Assembly: GCA_030837225.1 (NCBI GenBank)
Contig: JAUPKX010000007.1
Location: 65,182-129,181, forward strand
DNA: 64,000 nt
Reading direction: 5' to 3'
DNA from: Patescibacteria group bacterium
GTDB taxonomy: Bacteria; Patescibacteriota; Minisyncoccia; Phycocordibacterales; Phycocordibacteraceae
Of the stretch, positions 39,643 to 49,585 are shown piece by piece. How positions within the stretch are numbered: the stretch's first letter is position 1; each line of letters begins with the position of its first letter. The translations under genes and the position numbers were made by a program. The notes beneath the pieces are model-generated. The model had not been told where the DNA came from. It saw nothing but the letters and a program-made list of their open reading frames with translations, and searched no databases.

Positions 39643-41577
39643 CTAGATCGACACGTCTTCCTCTTCCTTCTTCTTTGGCGTTATGCCGTTTGCTATGAGG
39701 ATAGTCTCGAATTCTTCGCGCTCAAGCGTCTCAACCTCAACGAGGCGATTGGCGATAGCATCAAGCGCCTTGCGGTGCTCTTCAAGCACAACACGAGCAC
39801 GTCCCTTAGCGTCGTCGATAATGCGCGCTACCTCTGCGTCAATCTTTGACGCAATCTCCTGAGAGTACATCGCGTCTCCATACGCGCGGTCTCCTGCGTA
39901 TGCAACAGGGCCCAAGATGTCGCTCATACCGTACCGAGACACCATGTCGCGAGCTAAGGCTGCCACAACCGCAAGATCGTTCGAAGGACCAGTGGTAAGA
40001 TCGCCATAGATCATCTCTTCTGCGACGTAGCCGCCAAGGGTTGTGGCAATGTCGTCGAGGAATGTCTTCCGAGACTGCATGCGCTTGTCGTCAAACGGAA
40101 GCTTGAGTGTGTAGCCTGCAGCACGTCCACGGCTGATGATCGAAATCTTATGAATTGGATCAGAGTGCTCGAGCACAGAACCAACGAGGGCGTGCCCTGC
40201 CTCGTGATATGCGGTTAGGCGCTTCTCCTTCTTTCCAAGAAGATGACTCTTTCGTTCTGGACCAAGCATAACCTTCTCGATAGAGCGGATGAGATCATAC
40301 TGGGTAATCTCCTTTCGATTCTCGCGAGCGGCGAGGATTGCACCCTCGTTCATAAGTGAGTAGAGCTCGGCACCGGAGAATCCAGGGGTACGCTCCGCAA
40401 TCACATCGAGTGCAACGTCAGGACCAAATGGCTTTTTGCGCGCATGCACGGTAAGAATCTCGAGACGGTCCTTGCGATCAGGAAGATCAATCGTAACGCG
40501 TCGGTCAAAGCGTCCTGGACGAAGGAGTGCTGGGTCGAGCACGTCAGGGCGGTTCGTTGCCGCCATAACGATAACTTTCTCTGTCGGATCGAATCCATCC
40601 ATCTCAACAAGAATCTGGTTGAGCGTCTGTTCACGCTCGTCATTCCCGCCGCCAACACCCGTACCACGCACACGTCCAACCGCATCGATCTCGTCAACAA
40701 AGATAATGGATGGCGACGTCTTCTTAGCCATGAGGAATAGGTCTCGCACCCTTGAAGCCCCCACACCGACAAACATCTCAACGAACTCAGAACCTGAGAT
40801 GGAGAAGAACGGTACGCCTGCCTCGCCAGCAACTGCGCGCGCAAGCAAGGTTTTTCCAGTACCCGGTGCACCCATAAGGAGAATACCTTTCGGGATACGC
40901 GCACCAATATCAAGAAACTTCTTCGGGTTCTTCAAGAAGTCCACAATTTCAAGAAGCTCTTCTTTTGCTTCCTTGGCACCCGCAACATCAGAGAAGAGCA
41001 CACGCTGATTGGTATCAGCCGGATCAATCATGCGTGCCTTAGACTGTCCGAAGGAAAATGCCTGCATACCGGCCCCGCGTACCTGGCGCGTGAGGAACCA
41101 AAAGAGAATACCGAGGAAGAGGATCGGAAGAAGGATTGGGGCGAGGTTAAAGAACCAGTACTTGAATCCAGACTCGCTCTCAACCGTAACGTTCACGGCC
41201 GTGAGTTGCTCGGGTGTAACGCCGTATGCGGCCAAAGTCTCCGGAAGTGCCGCTTCGGGATCCTTCATGGCCTTCTTCTCGGTCCCGTCCGCGTATGTAA
41301 GGACGAGCTCGTTCCCGTTGATGTGAATCTCAGAGACAGTGCCGGCCTTCACGTCACCTGCTACCTGCGACAGGGAGAGCGGGTCCTGCTTCTCGCCCTG
41401 CCCCGTTATGAGCGAGTAGAGGCTCGTAAGGATAATAAGGACAAGAACCGTAGATAGGAGGTTTACGGTGAATCCCCCGCCGGCTCCCGGCATCTGAATA
41501 CCCCTCTTTCCTGGTAACTTCTTCACTCCCTTCTTCTCTGGCGCGGGCTTTCCGGCCGGTTTCTTGGTAGGTGCCAT
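39643..41577 (-). CDS. ftsH: ATP-dependent zinc metalloprotease FtsH
   Basis: AAA Walker [17 protein letters not shown] zinc motif. Start uncertain: the ORF extends to 41637, and Met at 41577 was chosen. Confidence 0.9.
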   Translation of the reverse strand: MAPTKKPAGKPAPEKKGVKKLPGKRGIQMPGAGGGFTVNLLSTVLVLIILTSLYSLITGQGEKQDPLSLSQVAGDVKAGTVSEIHINGNELVLTYADGTEKKAMKDPEAALPETLAAYGVTPEQLTAVNVTVESESGFKYWFFNLAPILLPILFLGILFWFLTRQVRGAGMQAFSFGQSKARMIDPADTNQRVLFSDVAGAKEAKEELLEIVDFLKNPKKFLDIGARIPKGILLMGAPGTGKTLLARAVAGEAGVPFFSISGSEFVEMFVGVGASRVRDLFLMAKKTSPSIIFVDEIDAVGRVRGTGVGGGNDEREQTLNQILVEMDGFDPTEKVIVMAATNRPDVLDPALLRPGRFDRRVTIDLPDRKDRLEILTVHARKKPFGPDVALDVIAERTPGFSGAELYSLMNEGAILAARENRKEITQYDLIRSIEKVMLGPERKSHLLGKKEKRLTAYHEAGHALVGSVLEHSDPIHKISIISRGRAAGYTLKLPFDDKRMQSRKTFLDDIATTLGGYVAEEMIYGDLTTGPSNDLAVVAALARDMVSRYGMSDILGPVAYAGDRAYGDAMYSQEIASKIDAEVARIIDDAKGRARVVLEEHRKALDAIANRLVEVETLEREEFETILIANGITPKKKEEEDVSI

Positions 41578-41660
41578 AATATGCAGAGTATACGCCAGAC
41601 CAGTATGAAGCGCGAAGGAACAGGCGTTTTCTCCCAAATACTGCTACCTTTTATATATCC

Positions 41661-42107
41661 ATGACCGCACTGATCAAGAACAAGAAAGCTACCCTCAGGT
41701 TTGAGGTGCTTGAGACCTTCCAGGCAGGACTCGAGCTCCACGGATACGAGGTTAAATCTATCCGAGCAAAGCTCGGCTCTTTGGACGGGTCCCGGATTAT
41801 TGTCCGTGGCGGCGAAGCCTTTATCGTTGGCATGACGATCCCTCCCTACCAGGCCCCGAACGCACCGAAGACTTATGATCCGGAGCGTCCCCGGAAGCTT
41901 CTTTTAAAGCGAGCTGAAATCGTTGAGCTTCTTGAAGCAGAAGCGAAGAAAGGCTTGACACTAGTGCCTTTAGAAATGTATAATGCGGGGAGATACCTAA
42001 AGGCGCGCATCGCCATCGTCCGCGGAAAAGGAAAAGCTGATAAGCGAGAGGACCTCAAACGCTTGGAAGCTAAGAAAGAAGCGGACCGTGCGATGCGACA
42101 GAAATAA
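41661..42107 (+). CDS. smpB: SsrA-binding protein SmpB
   Basis: Conserved SmpB core (KNKKATLRFEVLETFQAGLELHGYEVKSIR ... basic C-terminal tail), 148 aa. Confidence 0.9.
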   Translation: MTALIKNKKATLRFEVLETFQAGLELHGYEVKSIRAKLGSLDGSRIIVRGGEAFIVGMTIPPYQAPNAPKTYDPERPRKLLLKRAEIVELLEAEAKKGLTLVPLEMYNAGRYLKARIAIVRGKGKADKREDLKRLEAKKEADRAMRQK

Positions 42108-42154
42108 TTCGATCAGTCCCGTTCTGGAACCATTCTCCTGACTGGTTCCAGAAC

Positions 42155-42561
42155 GGGGGTGACCGGCTTTGACGGTCCTGTACTTTGAGAGACGTGCGAC
42201 GCGGTGGAAGGATACTGACCACCTAAAAACGTATTCAATCAAACTTGCCAAGAACACTCTTGCAAGCGTAAAGTCGCCTTACTTCGGTAAGAAGGATTTT
42301 GCGTTCGCTTACGCGTAAAAGCTTCGCGCTTTCGCCTAAGCGACGTTCATACATCTCCGTTTCTTCAGGGAGTTGTATGGGCGGAATCTTCTGAAGAATC
42401 GGTATCGAGAGCCTCCCTGCCTTCGGCCTAAAAGATGGGACTAGGCAGAAGTGTTTTGGCTAACGTTCCTATGCTCCTGCTGAACCCTCAACGTTAGCTA
42501 CGCGTCGTAGACTCGCTCTTAAAGCAGGATTCGGACCGGAGTTCAACTCTCCGCACCTCCA
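42155..42561 (+). ncRNA. ssrA: transfer-messenger RNA (tmRNA, ssrA), about 407 nt, CCA not encoded
   Basis: 5' GGGGGTGACCGGCTTTGACGG resembles the tmRNA 5' consensus (GGGGCUGAUUCUGGAUUCGACGG). 3' T-arm CGGAG-TTCAACT-CTCCG plus acceptor CACCTCC-A. The acceptor includes a G3:U70 wobble pair, the alanine identity element. Lies immediately downstream of smpB. Confidence 0.7.
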
Positions 42562-42562
42562 C

Positions 42563-42607
42563 ATATAGAAACTATAAAACCGCCCTCTGGGCGGTTTTAT
42601 AGTTTCT
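42563..42607. terminator. 20-bp perfect inverted repeat terminator (bidirectional) after ssrA
   Basis: tagaaactataaaaccgccc-tctg-gggcggttttatagtttcta. Confidence 0.6.
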
Positions 42608-42609
42608 AA

Positions 42610-43500
42610 CTAATTAAATTCCCAGCTTGACGCTAGTTGTTCGATTGCGGCTCTCGTTTCCTCATACTCGTATTCAGGCCCTCCTCCCTGAATGACATAA
42701 CTATTACCATTGTCGGCAAACACTATATGGATAGTAAATCTTTCGCCTAGTTCGGGTCTGTCATAAATCCTTGAATTCCGACTCTGCCGCTCTATCGCCA
42801 AGCTTCCGTTAACAGTTCGCTGCAAAGTGCTGGCAATAATGTCGTTTTTAGCGTCATCAAATGTGTCTAGACCTTTTGTTACTCCAACACTAATATAGTG
42901 TTCTCTATTGTCCGTAGTCTTGCCGTCTTCCCGAATCAAATATACAGAACGAGCGTTTGTCTCATTTTCAGGACTGTCGCTAACCTTCCACCCAGCAGGA
43001 ATTGTAAAGGAGGCATTGTAATCAGCACCTCGGAGTGCGTACTTTGACTCAGCAGCTATTGCTTGTGCCGTTCTGTCATCATTTGATACTGCACTCTTTG
43101 GCACTTGCAAACTATAGGATGTAGTCATAAGTCCTGCCTGATATCCCAAGAGACTCCCGAGCAAGAAATAGATAACTCCGCAAACTCCTAGAATCGACCA
43201 GTACCCGAGCTGTGCTGCTCGCACTCCTGGATCATACGCACCGCCTCCATTCCAGATTGGGTAGCTATTACTTTTATTATTGACTGCTAGTAGACGCATG
43301 CCGAACCACGTGGCTCCAATCGCAAGAATAGTTACCGCAAGAACCCATAGCAGCATCTGGGTATTCTCTGTGACGCCCTGAGTAGCATCTGCATCCGGTT
43401 GAATTCCAGAGACATAGCCATTAAGAAGTCCCACAGCCAAGAGTACGAACCAGCAAAAAACGATAACAATTCGTATCATGATTAAAATTCTACCATCCAT
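42610..43500 (-). CDS. hypothetical membrane/exported protein
   Basis: Three N-terminal TM helices then a soluble domain; no recognisable family. Confidence 0.5.
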   Translation of the reverse strand: MDGRILIMIRIVIVFCWFVLLAVGLLNGYVSGIQPDADATQGVTENTQMLLWVLAVTILAIGATWFGMRLLAVNNKSNSYPIWNGGGAYDPGVRAAQLGYWSILGVCGVIYFLLGSLLGYQAGLMTTSYSLQVPKSAVSNDDRTAQAIAAESKYALRGADYNASFTIPAGWKVSDSPENETNARSVYLIREDGKTTDNREHYISVGVTKGLDTFDDAKNDIIASTLQRTVNGSLAIERQSRNSRIYDRPELGERFTIHIVFADNGNSYVIQGGGPEYEYEETRAAIEQLASSWEFN

Positions 43501-43536
43501 CTACAACTCGTAGCGAAAGGCTGTATTCTAGTAGAT

Positions 43537-44382
43537 ATGAAACAGACTATGCAGTCAGTTGTACTGCTCATTCTTCTCGCGCTCTTGATGTTGATTGGGT
43601 TCGTGCTCCTTAAGGAACCCCGCACCGATCGCACCTGGCTTCCTGAGCAAGCTATTGCTGCAACCGCAGAAATCGAAAACGATATTGTTACAATCCGAGG
43701 CGTCCGCGATTGGACCTATGACGAAGAAGCTCCCCTCACAACAGACTGGAATGATGTATCGGTAGACCCTTCAACAATCGTCCGCACCTGGTTCCTTGTT
43801 GAGCCATTCTCAGACATAGAAGCCGTTGGTCACACCTTTCTTTCCTTTGAACTCGAAAACGGTACCGTACTTTCCTTCTCGGTAGAGGCGAGGCGCGAAG
43901 CGACTGAGGAGTACTCTGCGATCAAAGGCCAGTTCCGGGAATATGAGCTCGCGTACCAATGGGGTACCGAGCGCGACTTTGTTACGAGACGACTTATTAA
44001 TCTCGACCACCCGTTACGACTCTACCCGCTTACGCTCACACCTGAGCAATCGCAGGCGCTATTCCGATCACTTGCAGAAGAGACACAGACGCTTTCCGAG
44101 GAACCACGCTTCTATAACACCCTTACCGCAAACTGCACGAACGTACTCGCGAAGATCGTGAACCGCCATTACCCAGGCACCCTCCCCTATGACATTGCAT
44201 GGAACCTAACCGGGTATGCGGACCTCTACCTCATGGAACAGGGACTAATAGAGACTACGACTTCTAAGGAAGAGGCGATCGCTGCGCACGATCTAACGCC
44301 GTTTCGAACGGAAATCATGAAGAGCGCTACAACTTCCCCGACAGACTTCAGCAAATCTATACGAAGTCTTATTTCTTATTAG
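43537..44382 (+). CDS. DUF4105-domain protein (membrane-anchored)
   Basis: N-terminal TM anchor. Conserved DUF4105-type motif YNTLTANCTNVLAKI (N-C-T core). Confidence 0.6.
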   Translation: MKQTMQSVVLLILLALLMLIGFVLLKEPRTDRTWLPEQAIAATAEIENDIVTIRGVRDWTYDEEAPLTTDWNDVSVDPSTIVRTWFLVEPFSDIEAVGHTFLSFELENGTVLSFSVEARREATEEYSAIKGQFREYELAYQWGTERDFVTRRLINLDHPLRLYPLTLTPEQSQALFRSLAEETQTLSEEPRFYNTLTANCTNVLAKIVNRHYPGTLPYDIAWNLTGYADLYLMEQGLIETTTSKEEAIAAHDLTPFRTEIMKSATTSPTDFSKSIRSLISY

Positions 44383-44432
44383 CAAGCCTCAGACATTGGG
44401 GCGTATGGTTCCTGCACATAACCAATACCTAC

Positions 44433-44458
44433 GAAAGGCCCGGACATCCGGGCCTTTC
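44433..44458 (+). terminator. rho-independent terminator
   Basis: aaaggcccggacatccgggccttt stem-loop. Confidence 0.5.
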
Positions 44459-44477
44459 TACATATATTCCTGAACGC

Positions 44478-44696
44478 TTATTGCGTTGCTTCGCCTCCAC
44501 CCACATCAGGCGTTGGGATCTCAACATTCACCTGCGTAGGAGTGGGAGCAGGGGCAGAAGTGCCTCCACCCTTTCCAAATCCTGGCCATACGAAGATCGC
44601 AATGAGTACCACGGCGATAATGAGGACGCCGGCGATGATCCAGCCGCCTGAGCCGCCTTCATTACCTGAATTAGGATTGTTTACGATGGTTGCCAT
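44478..44696 (-). CDS. small hypothetical membrane protein (Gly-rich N-terminus, Pro/Thr-rich tail)
   Basis: 72 aa with a single TM helix; weak support. Confidence 0.35.
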   Translation of the reverse strand: MATIVNNPNSGNEGGSGGWIIAGVLIIAVVLIAIFVWPGFGKGGGTSAPAPTPTQVNVEIPTPDVGGGEATQ

Positions 44697-44753
44697 GTGC
44701 GTATTCGATTAGAAGTATGTGGGCACCCTACTCCTATCCTGATGAACACTTCA

Positions 44754-45302
44754 TTAAGAAAACAAGAGAATCTTAAACGCGAGCAGAATGATGACAACGG
44801 CACCCATAATCTCAATACGAGTACCGAGCAGATGTTTGCTTGAGCGTCCAAGATATACACCCAGAAGGGAGAGCAAGAACGTTACGACGCCAATCGTCAG
44901 CACAGCGGTAGGCACATGGACTGGAAGGAAACTAAAGGTGATACCAACAACAAACGCGTCAATGCTCGTCGCTACCGCGAGAACAAGGAGGGTTTGAATG
45001 TGCAAAATATTCCGTTCGCTCGCTGTATCTTCCTTCTGAAAGGCCTCGAAGAGCATCTTCCCTCCTACAAGGATGAGGAGAACGAATCCGACAATGTGGC
45101 CGTATGCCAGAAGGTACGCACTAAACGCGGAGCCCAAGAGGAGCCCAAGAAGTGGCATGAGTCCCTGAAACGCACCGAACGTGAATGCAACTTTGAGGGC
45201 CTTTGCGACATTAATACGAGCCAGGACTCCGGCACCAACCGCAACAACCGCCGCATCCAAGGAGAGACTTACGGCTAGGAGGAGTATCTCTGGAAACGAC
45301 AT
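44754..45302 (-). CDS. mntP: manganese efflux pump MntP (DUF204)
   Basis: Two-repeat 6-TM architecture with conserved SLDA/SIDA motifs at the start of each repeat (LSLDAAVV, ATSIDAFVV). Confidence 0.8.
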   Translation of the reverse strand: MSFPEILLLAVSLSLDAAVVAVGAGVLARINVAKALKVAFTFGAFQGLMPLLGLLLGSAFSAYLLAYGHIVGFVLLILVGGKMLFEAFQKEDTASERNILHIQTLLVLAVATSIDAFVVGITFSFLPVHVPTAVLTIGVVTFLLSLLGVYLGRSSKHLLGTRIEIMGAVVIILLAFKILLFS

Positions 45303-45348
45303 AGTGTGGAAAGCATAGCATCCACCCCCAAAACCAGCCCTTTCTACC

Positions 45349-45975
45349 TTGTTTACGGCCTATTTACGTGCTAGAATCCGTATACACCAAGAAACCTTGA
45401 GCACGAACACCGATAGAATCCGCATAAACAGAGAGATTAGGGCCCCGAAACTCCGAGTTATAGGCGCCGAGGGAGAGAACCTCGGCGTCCTCGACACGGA
45501 CGAAGCCCTTAAAGTGGCCCAGAACCTCGGTCTGGACCTCATTGAGATCTCTCCGAACGCGGTGCCTCCCGTTGCGAAAATCATGGATTATGGTAAATTC
45601 GAGTACGAGCGAAGCAAGAAAGAAAGTGCCGCGCGCAGCAAGGTAAAGGTCTCTGAGACCAAGGAAGTACAGATCAAAGTAGGCACGGGAGAGAACGATA
45701 TGCGTCTCAAGGCGAAGAAGGCAGCCGAATGGCTCGCCGACGGACACCGCGTTCGCATGGAGCTCTTCCTCAAGGGACGGTACAAGGGCATGGACGAGTC
45801 GTTTCTTAAGACTCGCCTCGAGAAGTTCATGCTCATGATTCCGTACGCCTACAAGATTGCTGAGCCGGTGACGCGCGCTCCGAAAGGATTCGCCGCCATC
45901 ATCGAGCGTGACGCAAAAGCAGCAGCTCCCGCAAAGAAGCCAGACAGTCCTGAAACAGAAACAACCCCAGCATGA
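45349..45975 (+). CDS. infC: translation initiation factor IF-3
   Basis: IRINREIRAPKLRVIGAEGENLGV ... LDLIEISPNAVPPVAKIMDYGKFEYE matches the IF-3 N- and C-domains. The true start may be a non-ATG codon downstream of 45349. Confidence 0.85.
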   Translation: MFTAYLRARIRIHQETLSTNTDRIRINREIRAPKLRVIGAEGENLGVLDTDEALKVAQNLGLDLIEISPNAVPPVAKIMDYGKFEYERSKKESAARSKVKVSETKEVQIKVGTGENDMRLKAKKAAEWLADGHRVRMELFLKGRYKGMDESFLKTRLEKFMLMIPYAYKIAEPVTRAPKGFAAIIERDAKAAAPAKKPDSPETETTPA

Positions 45976-46163
45976 AAACCAACAAGTCATACACAAAGCG
46001 TATCCGCGTAACCAAGAATGGGACGCTTGTTGCGCGTAAGCCGGGTCAGGACCACTTCAACGCGAAGGAGCGTGGACGCACCAAGGGCCTTAAGGGACGT
46101 GCAAACATCCTTACGCTTCCAAAGCGTATCGTCCGCCAGTTCCTCTCGAAAACGAGCAAGTAA
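45972..46163 (+). CDS. rpmI: 50S ribosomal protein L35
   Basis: 63 aa basic protein MKTNKSYTKRIRVTKNG...; infC-rpmI-rplT gene order. Confidence 0.9.
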   Translation: MKTNKSYTKRIRVTKNGTLVARKPGQDHFNAKERGRTKGLKGRANILTLPKRIVRQFLSKTSK

Positions 46164-46182
46164 TTTCAGTAATCATTAACGT

Positions 46183-46533
46183 ATGGCACGAGTAAAAGGA
46201 GGAGTCGCATCGGCAAAGCGCCGCCGCAACATATTGGTACGCGCTAAGGGCTATCGCCATGGCCGTTCAACGAAGGTTCGCCTCGCGAAGGAGTCCCTCG
46301 TGCACGCAGGAAAGAACGCGTTCAACCACCGCCGCGACAAGAAGACTGACTTCCGCCAGCTTTGGATCGTTCGCTTGAACGCTGCTATCCGCGACCTCGG
46401 CTACAAGTCCTACAGCACCTTCATCGCTGCTAAAGCAAAGGCAGGTATCGAGCTCGACCGCAAGGTTCTCGCAACCCTCGCTGCCCAGGAGCCTGAGGTA
46501 TTCGCACGCGTTGCCGCAAAGATTCAGGGCTAA
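46183..46533 (+). CDS. rplT: 50S ribosomal protein L20
   Basis: MARVKGGVASAKRRRNILVRAKGYRHGRS... conserved L20 N-terminus. Confidence 0.95.
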   Translation: MARVKGGVASAKRRRNILVRAKGYRHGRSTKVRLAKESLVHAGKNAFNHRRDKKTDFRQLWIVRLNAAIRDLGYKSYSTFIAAKAKAGIELDRKVLATLAAQEPEVFARVAAKIQG

Positions 46534-46550
46534 GCCCGTTTTACAAAGAA

Positions 46551-46580
46551 AAGCCCCGCACTCGCGGGGCTTTTCTTATT
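46551..46580 (+). terminator. rho-independent terminator after rplT
   Basis: gccccgc-actc-gcggggc followed by TTTTCTTATTT. Confidence 0.6.
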
Positions 46581-47967
46581 TCTCCTTATGCACCCCTTCC
46601 TTCGTTACCGTCCACACCTCCCCTTGCGAAGGAACGATGGCTTTGGCTCCTAAGAAGTCATGAATCCTTTGTGCAAGGAAGCGCTGCGCTGTTGGTTCAC
46701 CTATTGAAACAAAGATTGCCTTAGCGCGCGGAAGCGTTCCTTCTGCAAACTTAAGTAGTCCCTCGCGATCCGCATGTGCAGACCAGCTCGTTAAGTTCTC
46801 TACCTTCGCCTTAACCTTAACTTCGCGTCCATCGAGCTTAACTTTCGGTGCGCCGTCCTGAAGCAAGCGTCCCGGAGAACCTGGCGCCTGATATCCAACA
46901 ATGAAAAGAGTTGTTGAAGGATCCGGCAGATATTTAGCCTCCCACTTCCCTATGCGGCCTCCATGGCTCATGCCAGCTCCGGCGATAATAAGCTTTGGGG
47001 ACGGTTCGCCAGCGATAGTCTCAGAGTCCTCTCTGGACTGCGTCATAGTCAGGAATGGGAACCGGAAAATACTTCCCTCCTTCTTGGTCTCAGCTTGTGC
47101 AGCCGTATTGAAATACTCCCCCGCATGCTTCTCATAGATATCGGTAACGCCAATTGCGAGGGGTGAATCGAGGAATACCGGGAACTCAGGGAGCTCGCCG
47201 GATTCCATGAGGTTGGAGATCTCGTACAGCATGAGCTGCGTACGCTCCATAGAGAAGGCCGGCATGAGCATGGTCCCGCCACGAGCCAGCGCCCGCTTCA
47301 TCGCATCACGCAGATTCGGTACTCTCTGGTCCACATGCGCGTGCACCCGGTCCCCGTACACGGCCTCCATAATAACGGCGTCCGCGTCCGGCACCATCTC
47401 CGCATCATTCAGATACGGGTTCGGCGAGTTGCCGATGTCCCCGGTAACCACAAGGCTCGTACCGTCGCCAGTATCTTTTACACGAACAGAGGCAGCGCCA
47501 AGGATATGCCCCGTGTCGCGCAGGTAGATGGATAGCCCTGGTGCTATCTCCTGCTCCTCGTGATACGCAATGATCTCAACAAGCGACAATAGACGCTCCA
47601 CATCTGCCTCGGTATAGAGAGGTTCCTGGTTATACCGCTTGGCCTCTTGGGTAAGCAGGCTCACGCTGTCTTTGAGCATTAGTGCCATGAGATCGCGCGT
47701 TGCTTCTGTCATATAAGCCTTGCCCTTAAAGCCCTCGCGTACGAGCTTTGGTGCGCGACCTATGTGGTCGAGGTGCGCGTGGGTAATAACAAGCGCATCT
47801 AAGGAAGGCACATCGTACGGAAACGGCTCGTACATGCACTTCATACAGAAGTCCTGTCCTTGTTCGAGTCCCGCATCGATAAGAATCTTGCCCTTCGTCC
47901 CTTCTATGAGGAAGTTGGATCCCGTAACGGCCCCTGCCCCGCCGTGGAAAGTTATGCGTAGCGCCAT
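46576..47967 (-). CDS. MBL-fold beta-CASP family metallo-hydrolase (RNA-processing ribonuclease, RNase J/CPSF-like)
   Basis: HxHxDH motif (THAHLDHIG), downstream Asp/His motifs, beta-CASP-length C-terminal region, 463 aa. Confidence 0.75.
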   Translation of the reverse strand: MALRITFHGGAGAVTGSNFLIEGTKGKILIDAGLEQGQDFCMKCMYEPFPYDVPSLDALVITHAHLDHIGRAPKLVREGFKGKAYMTEATRDLMALMLKDSVSLLTQEAKRYNQEPLYTEADVERLLSLVEIIAYHEEQEIAPGLSIYLRDTGHILGAASVRVKDTGDGTSLVVTGDIGNSPNPYLNDAEMVPDADAVIMEAVYGDRVHAHVDQRVPNLRDAMKRALARGGTMLMPAFSMERTQLMLYEISNLMESGELPEFPVFLDSPLAIGVTDIYEKHAGEYFNTAAQAETKKEGSIFRFPFLTMTQSREDSETIAGEPSPKLIIAGAGMSHGGRIGKWEAKYLPDPSTTLFIVGYQAPGSPGRLLQDGAPKVKLDGREVKVKAKVENLTSWSAHADREGLLKFAEGTLPRAKAIFVSIGEPTAQRFLAQRIHDFLGAKAIVPSQGEVWTVTKEGVHKEK

Positions 47968-48311
47968 ATAGAGAGTCTAGCTGCAAAGTATGTAACCGCC
48001 ATACCAAGCGCGTCCATAAGAAGATCAAGGGAGGTATCGAAGACGAAGTTTGCTTCGCGCTCAGCATTAATAACTAATTCAAAAAGCTCCCACCCAACCG
48101 CTATCCCGAACATCGCCCCGAGAAATATAAGGGTGCGACGCTTGGCGAGGAGCGCAACTCCGAAACTCGCAAGCGCGAGGCCCCCAAGGAAGTGCATCAT
48201 GGTATCGAACCACGGGTAGTACCAGTACAGGAGGTTTGCGAGCGCGTAGTGCTGCAAAAGCGCGAGAGTACTCGCGAGAATAAGTGCTGAGAGGAGCCAG
48301 GAGAAACGCAT
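47952..48311 (-). CDS. hypothetical small membrane protein (4 TM)
   Basis: Hydrophobic helices only. Confidence 0.45.
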   Translation of the reverse strand: MRFSWLLSALILASTLALLQHYALANLLYWYYPWFDTMMHFLGGLALASFGVALLAKRRTLIFLGAMFGIAVGWELFELVINAEREANFVFDTSLDLLMDALGMAVTYFAARLSIWRYA

Positions 48312-48540
48312 GATCCTTCAACTTTACCATGCTAAAACCCTCGCCTAGGCGAGGGTTTTAGCATGGAACCGCCCTGTCGTGGCAACTTTTTGAAGCCACG
48401 TGGGTGCCCGCATCGCGCGACATTGAGCGTCCGGGGACGCTTGCCGTAACGCGGGATATAAGGCTCCCGAGATAGAATCAAGTTGCGTTTTAGGAGCGGC
48501 TCCGGGAATAGTATATCGCTCTCGTATTCCGAGAGCAAAA

Positions 48541-48566
48541 ACAAAGCCCGTCACAAAAACGGGCTT
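48541..48566 (-). terminator. rho-independent terminator downstream of ndk
   Basis: aaagcccg-tcacaaaaa-cgggcttt stem-loop just past the ndk stop. Confidence 0.5.
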
Positions 48567-48584
48567 TGTTCTTATGAATCCCAA

Positions 48585-49193
48585 TTACTCAAGAATGCCG
48601 TCGAGGTTCACGTCGTAGAGAATCTGATCTCCTACGAGACGGTAGGTAACGAGTTCCTCTGGGGTAAACCAAAGATTAATCTCAGTCTCTGCGTTCTCAG
48701 GAGTGTCCGAGCAGTGGATCAAGTTTCGTACTGCACGATCATCAATCGCTGCGATGTTGTACGAGTCTACGGTGTAGTCGCCACGGATTGTTCCAACGTC
48801 AGACGTTGCAGGTTCCGTGCCTCCAACGAGCTTCGTAACAACACTAACGGCCGAATTCCCTTCCCACGCCATCATGACAACAGGACCGCTCGTCATAAAC
48901 TTCTCAAGGGCTCGGATAATATCCTTCCCGTACTCGATTGGCTCCTTCTCAGCCGAGAGGCCAGCTGCAGCACGATCCTCTGCAATCTTAGTGCCTTTCT
49001 TTATGAACCACGCGTCATCCTTGCTGTAGTGCTTCCAGATGCGATCAGCATCAAGGACCGTAAGCTTGAGGCCAATGAGCTTCAAGCCTGTGCGCTCGAA
49101 GCGCTTAATAACTTCTCCGATAAGAGATCGCTGTACGCCGTCTGGCTTCACGATGACGAAGGTGCGCTCGAGCTTTGGGTGTGGAATAGGCAT
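48585..49193 (-). CDS. ndk: nucleoside diphosphate kinase (with C-terminal extension)
   Basis: FVIVKPDGVQR ... active-site NLIHCSD (His), 202 aa. Confidence 0.85.
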   Translation of the reverse strand: MPIPHPKLERTFVIVKPDGVQRSLIGEVIKRFERTGLKLIGLKLTVLDADRIWKHYSKDDAWFIKKGTKIAEDRAAAGLSAEKEPIEYGKDIIRALEKFMTSGPVVMMAWEGNSAVSVVTKLVGGTEPATSDVGTIRGDYTVDSYNIAAIDDRAVRNLIHCSDTPENAETEINLWFTPEELVTYRLVGDQILYDVNLDGILE

Positions 49194-49278
49194 AAGGTGA
49201 TACTAAAAATCGCCCTAGGGCGCTCTAATAACCTCACTATACTATAGGCAGCCCTAGCTGTCAGTACCGTAGTGCCGG

Positions 49279-49581
49279 CTATTTCTCCCCCTTCAAGATA
49301 ATCCTGCCTTCAAATCCTCCCCGTTCTGCTCGTTTCTCTTGTCGAACTACTTCTACATCTCGATACTCAGGAAGAGCGCTCAATGCTGTAATAACCTCGA
49401 GCACATCCCCAAGCTCCTCAACTGAAGTTACCTCTGAAAACTCTCCTGCCTCTTCCACGAGCTTCTTTACGAGTTCTATTTTGTACTCCTCTGGCGTAGC
49501 TATTCTCTTCTCGTAGGAGACACCTTTCGAGTCCAGTAACTCTGGTATGCCGTCCCGCACGAGCTTTTCATATGAGGCCAT
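49279..49581 (-). CDS. MazG-like nucleotide pyrophosphohydrolase (small, YpjD-type)
   Basis: KLVRDGIPE N-terminus and EEAGEF...ELGDVL acidic helical core. Confidence 0.65.
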   Translation of the reverse strand: MASYEKLVRDGIPELLDSKGVSYEKRIATPEEYKIELVKKLVEEAGEFSEVTSVEELGDVLEVITALSALPEYRDVEVVRQEKRAERGGFEGRIILKGEK

Positions 49582-49585
49582 ATAT

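Noticed and set aside
40401-41326. ORFs of 98 to 190 aa overlapping ftsH
   Set aside because: They are shadow frames of ftsH, which has clear AAA and HEAGH motifs.
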